In this document: positions 29,854 to 38,900 of the stretch, piece after piece
How positions within the stretch are numbered: position 1 is the stretch's first letter
Layout of the letters: the number at the start of each line of letters is the position of its first letter
Origin: an uncultured Candidatus Saccharibacteria bacterium
GTDB taxonomy: Bacteria > Patescibacteriota > Dojkabacteria > SC72
Direction: 5' to 3'
Length of the DNA stretch: 64,000 nt
Assembly (NCBI GenBank): GCA_964610125.1
Contig: CAZSUV010000001.1
Location: 184,035-248,034 of the forward strand
Translations under genes and position numbers: made by a program
Notes under the pieces: model-generated
What the model was told of the DNA's origin: nothing
Database searches by the model: none
Seen by the model: the letters and a program-made list of their open reading frames with translations, nothing else

Positions 29854-31481
29854 TATATCTCTTTCCCCATATACAACCTCCCCATTTCAAAACCTCTCTT
29901 CTTGTAATATTCTCTAGTCCCAATAGCAGAAATAACCGAAATTCTCTGTATCTTCTCTTTCTTAGTAATCTCTTCTGCCATCTCAATAAGTTTTTTACCT
30001 AATCCTAAGTGTTGAGATTCCCCAGAACTATCAATATCCAAACTCATAACCCTACCATATACATGAACCTCTCTGATTATGGAAGAATCCCTTAATTCCT
30101 CTACAAAGTTATTCTTCCTCTCCTTAGCATTAGGTATAGACAACCTCAAAAACCCACAAATCCTATCCGTCCCCTTAGTCTTGTAAGAAAGGAAAAATTC
30201 TTTCCCAGTAGAAGTATCATACTTCATAGTTTCCAACTCCAAATCATCCCAACTTACATGCTCATTCCGTATCTCTCTACTACGAATATCATTCATCCTC
30301 TTCCCTTTCTTCTCAATCAACTCCTCAGCAATCTGTCTAAGGTTTGTCTTTTTGTTACCAGCCACAATCTCCTCTGAAGGAATATCCCTAATGATTCTAG
30401 ACAACCTACAATACCTAGGAGTAGTAGGCATAGTCTCAGACAAAACCATCAATAATTCATCCTCAGTATATGGCTTGTATTTACCATCCTCGTACAATTT
30501 AAAAAGCAAAGTATTCGGAACAATGGAAGTAGGATATATCTTTAACTCATCAGGACTAAAATCCTTCTTCCAAAGCCTTTTGTAATCATTAATATCCTTC
30601 TTAACATTAGACATGTAAAGATTAGGCATCCAATGCCCATGGATCTTAAAACCACCAAGTCTAAGTAATCTAATTGCATTCTTCACACCCTTAGTAGGCC
30701 TACCAATATGGTTGGCATCTATGATTTTGTCATCAAGAGATTGAATACCAATCTGGATTTTGGTAGCACCAAGCTTTCTAAGATTGATAACCTCATCTTC
30801 AGTTATTAAATCTGGTCTGGTTTCAAACACCAATCCCACATTCCTACAGTATGCATTCTCATTAATATGTTGTGCTTCGAATAGCTCATTAACAGTAGAT
30901 AATGGTAATTCCTTTCTAGGTTGGATATATCCTTGGGTATCTCTCTGTACATCATTCATAGCATCAAAACATGTCTTAACAAAAGATATCTTGTATTCCT
31001 CTTGATATGCAGACCAAGAACCACCTAATACAAGTAATTCTACCTTCTCAATATTATGTCCAATATTCTTTAATGCAATGAGTCTGTTGTATACCTGAGC
31101 ATATGGATCAAAGCAGTTACTTAGAGCTCTCTGTGCCCCTGGCTCAGAGGAAATATAGCTCTTGGGCATACTTGGGTCATTAGGACAGAATATACATCTA
31201 CCAGGGCAAGGGTAGGGTTTAGAGAGTACTGTAACTGTAGCTACACCAGAGTTGGTTCTAGTAGGTTTTAGTCTAATTCTTTCTTCTACGGTTTTGTCCT
31301 TTATTCCAAGATATTCATACCCGTTTACTAATTCATCATGTCTAAAGAGTTTGTTTCCATCCTTAGGATATTTCTTTAATATAGTTTGTAATGTGTCTGT
31401 TCTCCAATTGGTTGAAGCCTTAATTAAGGAAAATATATTCTCTAATTCAATTTTGTAATTTTCGGGTTTAAAGTTCTTCAT
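29853..31481 (-). CDS. elp3: Elp3-like radical-SAM / GNAT acetyltransferase (tRNA wobble-uridine modification enzyme homolog)
   Basis: PYPCPGRCIFCPN radical-SAM cluster motif in an Elp3-like context. C-terminal GNAT block (HLGLGKKLIEMAEEI...RGFE). 542 aa, like archaeal/bacterial Elp3. Confidence 0.75.
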   Translation of the reverse strand: MKNFKPENYKIELENIFSLIKASTNWRTDTLQTILKKYPKDGNKLFRHDELVNGYEYLGIKDKTVEERIRLKPTRTNSGVATVTVLSKPYPCPGRCIFCPNDPSMPKSYISSEPGAQRALSNCFDPYAQVYNRLIALKNIGHNIEKVELLVLGGSWSAYQEEYKISFVKTCFDAMNDVQRDTQGYIQPRKELPLSTVNELFEAQHINENAYCRNVGLVFETRPDLITEDEVINLRKLGATKIQIGIQSLDDKIIDANHIGRPTKGVKNAIRLLRLGGFKIHGHWMPNLYMSNVKKDINDYKRLWKKDFSPDELKIYPTSIVPNTLLFKLYEDGKYKPYTEDELLMVLSETMPTTPRYCRLSRIIRDIPSEEIVAGNKKTNLRQIAEELIEKKGKRMNDIRSREIRNEHVSWDDLELETMKYDTSTGKEFFLSYKTKGTDRICGFLRLSIPNAKERKNNFVEELRDSSIIREVHVYGRVMSLDIDSSGESQHLGLGKKLIEMAEEITKKEKIQRISVISAIGTREYYKKRGFEMGRLYMGKEI

Positions 31482-31528
31482 TATTCTGATATCCTTGTAT
31501 TATCTAATATTTTAACCAATCTAGCTAC

Positions 31529-32137
31529 ATGAATAGACCTAAACTTGCAGAAGAGAGAACATTAATCTTGGTAAAACCAGATGTGCTTCAAAGACAAATC
31601 TTTGGAGAAATACTATCACGATTCGAAAGAAAGGGTTTTAAAATTGTTGCAATGAAGATGCTCAATGCAAGCAAGGAACAAGTTGGAGAACACTATATTG
31701 ATAACGATACATATTCTATTGAAACTGGTGAGAAAGCTAAGAAAGGCGCGATATCTAGAGGTCAGGATGTTTCAGATTGGAACTCATTGGAGTGGGGAAG
31801 AATTATTAGAAAAAGAAATATTGCATATCTAACTGCTGGTCCAATTGTAGCTATGGTTCTTGAGGGGAATGGTGTAATTGGCGGAGTTAGGAAGATCCTT
31901 GGTAGTACAAGCCCTTCTGATGGAGATGTTGGTACTGTTAGAGATGACTATTCATTTGATAACTATGCATTAGCGGATGTAGTATCTCGAGCTACTAGAA
32001 CGATGCTTCATGCTTCTGATTCTCCTGAGAGTGCAGAGAGGGAGATCAAGATATGGTTTAACAAAGATGAAATATGCAGTAACTACGAAACAGTAGCAGA
32101 GAAAATATTCTATGATTCTGGATGGGACAATATCTAG
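31529..32137 (+). CDS. ndk: Nucleoside diphosphate kinase (long form with internal insertion)
   Basis: ERTLILVKPDVLQRQIFGEILSRFERKGFKIVAMK and HASDSPESAEREIKIWF match Ndk. A roughly 60-aa insertion makes it 202 aa. Confidence 0.8.
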   Translation: MNRPKLAEERTLILVKPDVLQRQIFGEILSRFERKGFKIVAMKMLNASKEQVGEHYIDNDTYSIETGEKAKKGAISRGQDVSDWNSLEWGRIIRKRNIAYLTAGPIVAMVLEGNGVIGGVRKILGSTSPSDGDVGTVRDDYSFDNYALADVVSRATRTMLHASDSPESAEREIKIWFNKDEICSNYETVAEKIFYDSGWDNI

Positions 32138-32785
32138 TTACATACTTAGAATATCATCAATATCTTTCTTTTTACTCTTTGAGAAAGCAGTAGATTCTGG
32201 TATTTCATTCTTGTTTAATTCTCCTCCGTTATCTAGGTAATCTTTAAGTTTTTTAAAATCTTCTTTTAGTACATCTCTAAGATTGGGATTGTAGAGAGCT
32301 ACAGCAGGATGATACATTGCAAATACAGGTAGGCCACTTGGATGTTCAAAAGGTAATCCATGAGAAGCAGATATCTTCGCACCAGGTACAAATCTCTCAA
32401 ATGCATGTCTTCCTAGAGGTATTAATATCTTTGGCTTTATGAACATTAATTCTGCATTTAACCATACTCTACAACTATTCTTTTCCTCATCAGTTGGTTC
32501 TCTGTTTTCAGGTGGTCTGTATTTTACAGTGTTAGAGACATATACCTCTTCTCTTGTGAATCCAATACTTTGAAGTAGTTCATTTAAAAACTTTCCTGCA
32601 GCTCCCACAAATGGTTTCCCTTGTAGATCTTCATTTTTACCCGGTGCTTCTCCAATGAATACAATGCCTGAAGTAGGGGGAGTTATTTCGTATACCGGTT
32701 GTGTAGCTATTTTCCTTAATCCACATCGGTTATTTACTGCGTAGTATTCGTGTAGTTCTTTTAGTGTTTGGAAATCGGTTTTCAT
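32138..32785 (-). CDS. Uracil-DNA glycosylase, family 4
   Basis: GEAPGKNEDLQGKPFVGAAGKFL motif (GEAPG + F-x-G-x-AG) typical of family-4 UDG. Confidence 0.8.
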   Translation of the reverse strand: MKTDFQTLKELHEYYAVNNRCGLRKIATQPVYEITPPTSGIVFIGEAPGKNEDLQGKPFVGAAGKFLNELLQSIGFTREEVYVSNTVKYRPPENREPTDEEKNSCRVWLNAELMFIKPKILIPLGRHAFERFVPGAKISASHGLPFEHPSGLPVFAMYHPAVALYNPNLRDVLKEDFKKLKDYLDNGGELNKNEIPESTAFSKSKKKDIDDILSM

Positions 32786-32828
32786 ATATATTGATTATAT
32801 ATGATTGTTTTAGAGTAGAGAAGTTTTT

Positions 32829-34703
32829 TTACTTTACACCCGACAGTAAATTCTTAAAACTATCCATACTTCCAAATGCATGAACTCTGGAAAGCGTAAG
32901 CGCATGTCCCGGATAGTTATCTATTGTAGAACCACAACTAACCGCTATGGTATATCCAGCACTAGCAACATATGACAAAGTCGTTGAGTTATATCCACAA
33001 CCAGGATAGCAGAAGGAGGTTACAGGTTTTCCAGTAGCGCTTTGTAATGCATATCTACTTGAGATAATTTCAGCAGAGAGTTCGCTTGGATCTGATACTT
33101 TCGTTAAATCTGGATGATGAGCCGAATGGGAACCAATATCCATCCCATTGTCCGACATTTCCTTGGTTTGAGCTTGGTTTATACTAGATCTTTGGGAGAT
33201 AATGTAGAAAACTCCGGTTAATCCGTATTCTTTAAGAATTCTATATCCATTGGTATATTGGTTAAGTACACCATCATCAAAAGTAAGCATAACTGTTTTT
33301 TGTGTTGGATTCTTACCAGTCTTTAAAATATTTGCATATTCTTGTGTGGAAATGGTTTTGTAATTTTTTTTAACAAGGTAGGCCATTTGTTTTTCAAAAT
33401 CATGTGGATCAACATAAAGGCCAGATACAAATGAACTCTGTCCAGCAGGAACAGGAGTTATCTGATGATACATGAAGATTGGAATTCTAACCGTTCCCTT
33501 TTGCTGTGCTGTAGGGGTTACATCGTATGGTTCATCGAAGTTGTTATCATTTATCTCAAATGTTAATGAAGGTATTATAGTTTTATCTTTACTCTCAAAC
33601 GTATATATTGGAGCTATGAATGTTTTGATTTCGTTGTTAAGATTGAAAGACTTAATGAGGAAGGATATCTGAGTACTAGCCTGAGCGTAGGTGTTTTCAT
33701 TTGTCGTAAGATTGATTAGTTGATTATTCACTAAATCCTTAATAGCAGTTGGGACAGTATCACCGTATTTGTATGCAACGAGTAATCCAACTAAAGTATC
33801 TAAATCACTGATTTTCTTTTTAGTTGTATCACTAAAATTATCTAGTTTAGAATCTACTGATTCAAGGTAATTGGTTATTAATTGAATTTTATGAAGTTGA
33901 CCGTAATCTAAATCAAGATATATATCATTGGAGTATGAGTGTGGATTCTCTGATGAAGCAACTTGGGTATTCTCCTTATTTATCTGGTACATATACATTT
34001 GGTTATTTATATATGTATCATATTCATTTTTTGATTCAAGAGATTTAAACCTTAATGATGTAGTTAAAAAGTTTAAAGTAGGTAGGAATGATTCATCGTG
34101 GATTTTGACAAGCTGTTCGGCACATGTCTCTTCTCTTAGAAATGATTCAATATTTTGTGCGATACAGGTGGAAAGTTCTTTTTCAATTGATGATTCTTTT
34201 CCCATTTCTAAATATGGAATTATATCCTCATTAGATTTGTTTTCTTTAACCATGGATTGGGAGATATCTTGAAGTTCAGTTAGTACATATTGGTTAAGAT
34301 ATGATTGGGGTATGAGGATATTTAATTGACTGTCCTGAAGATATTTGTACCCATTGGTGAGATTGGTTGTATCTTTGGTTTTTAATACTTCGGAATATCG
34401 TAAGTATGTAGTTAATTCATGTGGTGTAAATGCGCCAAAGTTCTTAGTTAAAGTATCATAATCTGTAGGGAGTATTTCAAGATTGGCTAACTCTGAGAGG
34501 GAAGTAGTGTTTGCATCCTGATTGATTTTTATATCCTCTGCACTAATGGAGAATCCTTTTGAGTTGTTATGCCCTTTCGTAATGAAAAGATTGTAGTAAA
34601 GCCCAAAGAATATTATGGCTAAGATTTCAATTCCGGAGAGTACACACAGGACAATCATGGTCTTTTTGAAAAGAATTGTTCTTGGTGATTTGTTCTCTTT
34701 CAT
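32829..34703 (-). CDS. Membrane-anchored polysaccharide deacetylase (NodB-domain) family protein
   Basis: N-terminal TM helix. C-terminal NodB motifs VMLTFDDGVLNQY, HSAHHPDL. Confidence 0.7.
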   Translation of the reverse strand: MKENKSPRTILFKKTMIVLCVLSGIEILAIIFFGLYYNLFITKGHNNSKGFSISAEDIKINQDANTTSLSELANLEILPTDYDTLTKNFGAFTPHELTTYLRYSEVLKTKDTTNLTNGYKYLQDSQLNILIPQSYLNQYVLTELQDISQSMVKENKSNEDIIPYLEMGKESSIEKELSTCIAQNIESFLREETCAEQLVKIHDESFLPTLNFLTTSLRFKSLESKNEYDTYINNQMYMYQINKENTQVASSENPHSYSNDIYLDLDYGQLHKIQLITNYLESVDSKLDNFSDTTKKKISDLDTLVGLLVAYKYGDTVPTAIKDLVNNQLINLTTNENTYAQASTQISFLIKSFNLNNEIKTFIAPIYTFESKDKTIIPSLTFEINDNNFDEPYDVTPTAQQKGTVRIPIFMYHQITPVPAGQSSFVSGLYVDPHDFEKQMAYLVKKNYKTISTQEYANILKTGKNPTQKTVMLTFDDGVLNQYTNGYRILKEYGLTGVFYIISQRSSINQAQTKEMSDNGMDIGSHSAHHPDLTKVSDPSELSAEIISSRYALQSATGKPVTSFCYPGCGYNSTTLSYVASAGYTIAVSCGSTIDNYPGHALTLSRVHAFGSMDSFKNLLSGVK

Positions 34704-34734
34704 ACCATATTAGAATACAAAATTTTTGTTGTTT

Positions 34735-35961
34735 TTACGATACCCCAGCTAAATACCCTGTACTCCAGCATAATTGAAGGTTGTAACCTCCAGTCGGGCC
34801 ATATACATCAATTATCTCTCCTGCAAAGTAAAGGTTATCGATGATTTTTGATTTCATTGTATTTGGATCTATCTCTCTTATATCTATACCTCCGTCTGTA
34901 ACAATTGCGTTATTCCAATCTCCAATTTCAGATATGTTTAATGTTAACTCCTTCAATATATGGAGGAGTGAATTTCTTGAATCTTTAGAAAGTTGAGAAG
35001 CTTTTTCATCAGGGTTAATTTTTGAAAGTTTGATTATGACTGGAATAAGGGACGAGGGAAGTAACTTTCCTAATGAATTTTTTATTGCTTTGTTTTTTGC
35101 CTCTGATAGATCTTTGGTAATTCTTTCTTTTAATGTAGGGTAGGTGAGTGCGGGTTTTAAATCAATTAAAACTTTTACGGGCGAATTTTCAAGGAGATCT
35201 CCAATTTCTCTTGCGCAATCTATGACTATTGGCCCACTGATCCCTGTATGGGTAAAGAGTAGTTCTCCGAATTTTGAAAAGATTTTCTTTCCATTTTGAT
35301 ATATATCCATTCGGATATTTTTTAAACCTAACCCTGATAAATCTTTAACCCAAGATTCTTTTGTTGTCATTGGAACGAGTGCAGGTTTAGGTTCTATGAT
35401 TTCATGCCCTAAGGATTTTGCTAATTCATAGCCATTGCCATTTGATCCTGTAAGGGGATATGACTTTCCTCCTGTAGCTATCACATATTTATCTGCTGTA
35501 AATATTCCTTTGTTTGTTTTAATTCCTGTTATGTGGTCTTTTTCACTCAGTATTTCTTGTACGTCACAATTGAAAAGAATGTCTTCTTTGATTAAGGCAT
35601 ACATCTTCTCTATGATTTCGTATGCATCGTCACTTTCTGGAAATACTCGGTTTCCTCGTTCTACCTTTGTTTTTATATCAAGTTCTTTATTAAAAAATTT
35701 CAATGTATCTGCTACACTGAATTTAGAAAAAGCATGGTAGAGAAATTTCCCATTTTTTTTGTAACTTGAAACTAAGGTTTTTAGATTGTCTGTATTATTG
35801 GTTATATTGCATCGTCCTTTGCCTGTTATGGCCAACTTTTTTCCAATACTATTGTTTTTCTCAATTAGTAGAATTTTCTCACCTTTTTGTTTTGCAAATA
35901 TTGCAGTAAAGAGCCCTGCGGGTCCTGCTCCGATGATGATTTTTTGATATTGGTTAGACAT
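34735..35961 (-). CDS. HI0933/BaiN-family FAD-dependent flavoprotein
   Basis: IIGAGPAGLFTA Rossmann start and the family hallmark AITGKGRCNITNN. Confidence 0.75.
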   Translation of the reverse strand: MSNQYQKIIIGAGPAGLFTAIFAKQKGEKILLIEKNNSIGKKLAITGKGRCNITNNTDNLKTLVSSYKKNGKFLYHAFSKFSVADTLKFFNKELDIKTKVERGNRVFPESDDAYEIIEKMYALIKEDILFNCDVQEILSEKDHITGIKTNKGIFTADKYVIATGGKSYPLTGSNGNGYELAKSLGHEIIEPKPALVPMTTKESWVKDLSGLGLKNIRMDIYQNGKKIFSKFGELLFTHTGISGPIVIDCAREIGDLLENSPVKVLIDLKPALTYPTLKERITKDLSEAKNKAIKNSLGKLLPSSLIPVIIKLSKINPDEKASQLSKDSRNSLLHILKELTLNISEIGDWNNAIVTDGGIDIREIDPNTMKSKIIDNLYFAGEIIDVYGPTGGYNLQLCWSTGYLAGVS

Positions 35962-38900
35962 TGTCTCTACTATGTTTTCTTCTTTTCTTTACGAATATTG
36001 CTATGCCAATACCGGCAATGATTTCTATTCCAGCTATGATTCCAAACCAAAGGTAAGGGGTTTTCTTTAATTCAATATTTTTCTCAACAATATTTGTTTC
36101 AACTGTAAACCATTCAGTTTCTGTAGGCATATATCCCTGTGTCTCTACAACAAGTTTGTACTCTCCTGGGGTTACAAAAAATTGATATTCTCCTTGTTGG
36201 TTGGTGTATTGAGGATTGGTTGTACCATCTTTTGAAAGCCAGAGTATTTCTTGATTACTATCCTTTGTGTAAAGAGTTACCTTTGCATTCAATATTCTTA
36301 ATTCATTTGTACCATCCTTTGTATATACATATCCGTACGGATCAACTCGAAGAGCCAAAGTTATTGAAAGACTGCTGGTATTATCTTTTGATATTGCTTG
36401 TATTGTTGTAGCGTATGTTCCCTTTACACTTGGGCTATCTATTGTTGCTTTGTAGGTATCTTTTTCAGAATCATATTCCATATTGTAAGTCTGATTGTTG
36501 ACAGTGATAATTACATTTTTCAGATTGGTAGAGTTATTAGTTATGGTGCTTGCGGGGATCTCAATCTTCAATGTTTGGTTTGCATAGGTATGAATATCTC
36601 CATTATCTGTTGAATTAAGTTGTTTTTCTTCTTGTGTGGTGACAACGATTTTTTGATCTTCTTTTAGATCTTGAGATTTGATTATTTTTGTTTGTGGTTG
36701 AACAACTGGAATGACTGGTTCCGGCTCGGAAGGTGTTCCTGGTTGAGTTGGAGCTGTTACTGCGGCTGGAGTTGTAGCTTGTGCCAGTGTTCCTGATGAT
36801 TGATTCCCAATATTATCTAATGCAAATATTGTGTAGTAATATCGAGTACTAATACTTAGGTTGGTATCTGAATATGCAGAGAGTGTACCCTCGTAAACTT
36901 TTGCTCCATCAGTTGTAGAAAGAGGAACATGAGTATTATTCCTCATTAATATGACTTTAGAAAAATCAGTATTGGTTGGATTTTGCCAAGCAAGTGCAAC
37001 GGTTCTCTGTGTTGGTGTAGCTGTAAAGTTGCTCACATTTGTTGGAGCGATGGAATCGTACTTTATGACAAAGGATCTAGTCTCACTGTATGTTCCTGCA
37101 CCGTTCAAGGCTCTTACTTTGATTGTAGTTTCTCCTTCATTTTGAGCAGGAAGATCATATGATGGGGAAGTAGTGAAGTATGTATAGTTAGAGGTATTTG
37201 GAATTGAACCATCGTTTGTAATGTAGAATGTGTCTCCTGATGTTGAGTTAGGATCTGTCCAAGAAATTACAGGACCACTTTCGGTATTTTGTAATATGCC
37301 ATTGTTTGCCCCTGTTACCTCAACTATATCGACTACGGAGGAATCTATTTTCAAAGTGTATTTGTAGTATGTCGTTTTGCTTGTATTATCCTTTGCTACC
37401 AGATGTAGATACCAAATACCATTAGTTAATTCAGAAGTTGCCAGGGTATCGTTTGCTAAGGCTTGTGTTCCATCTACTAATACATCTGCAATTGTCAGTG
37501 TTTCATTTTGATTTAGTAATTTCCATACTCCGAGGATACCGCTTCCTGTATCAGAAGCGATCCAATTAACGGTTGCTGAACTATCTGGATACCAATTGGT
37601 TTGTATAGGGTTAGTTATGCTTGTTATTGAATCAAATATAGGGTCTTGTGTATCGATATTTGCAGCGTATGTTGAAAAGGCTGTGTTTCCACAATTATCT
37701 CTTGTGGCTAAGTGGAAATATGACGAGCCTTCAGTGATGTTTTGGAAGCTAATTGCATCCTCAGATATGAGGTTTCCATCTGCAATTGTGGTTACAAGGT
37801 CTGTTTCTTCATTACTATCCCATATGTACCATGTGTTTTCTATACCGCTTTCGGAATCAGAGATAGTCCAGCTAATATTTGCAGTGGTGGTTGTATACCA
37901 CGCGGATTGATTTGGATGGGTGTTACTTGTTAATGATGATATATTTGGATTTGTATTATCCGTTTTAATATTAAACGTTAAATCGGAGGTATCTACACCA
38001 CCTGTTGGCATATTTAAAATATACAGGGTATATGTATCATCAATATTTGTAACATTCGCTGTGGTTATATCTATCGATATATTTTCTCCAGAGGATATTA
38101 AATCAGTCCATTCGGTTGATTCTTCATTTGATATTTTTACATCAAAATCATTGTCTGATGGATATATATTTGTAGTGCCAAAATATATTACTTTAACCCC
38201 AGAGAAGGTGAGTACTTGATTTGAGCCTATCCAATCCCCTGAAGTAATTTGATTGGTTTGTGCATCTGTTACTGTGAGTGTTCCTATGAATGTTAATCTG
38301 TTCTCATATTTATATGTTGTAGCATTGTAACTGTATATACTTTCAGCAGCGGCCTTGTCCAATGCTTTTACCCCATATTGTATGCTAGTTCCTCGGGTCC
38401 AGTTCCAGTTTGAAGTAACATGCCATGTAACTGTAATGTCATTTGCTGTAGGTGACCCAATTGTAGTGTCGTATGTAATCCCTGAGATATATTCAGATCC
38501 AGATACGGGAGTTGGGAACTGTCCAGTTTGATTTGAACCTGTTGGGGTTATGTAATATTCAATATCTGTTCCAGCGGGATTTTTGATTTGTAGATACAAT
38601 TTGTCTAAATCAGCTGCACCATTGATATCTGAATATTTTGTTTGAATGGTTAATGCTTTTCCAGCATAGATATCCTCTGCTCCTGTGATATCTGCGTTTA
38701 GTGCAGTAGGGGCATAGTTCATTGTAAATTGAGCCGTAGTGGACCAGTTACTTTCATTCTGATATGTGTTACTGTCCCAGAACTTCATTCTCCAGTAATA
38801 TGTAGCACCTGGTTGTAAGGCTGTTCCTGCGTATGAAATATCTTGTGATTTACTTCCATTTGCAACCGCAGGTACGAGGGATGTTTTTGTAGAATCCCAC

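Noticed and set aside
29383-29860. tRNA-Lys as an integration hotspot or genomic-island boundary
   Set aside because: No integrase, direct repeat of the tRNA 3' end, or compositional shift adjacent. Flanking genes (recO, Elp3, ndk) are housekeeping.
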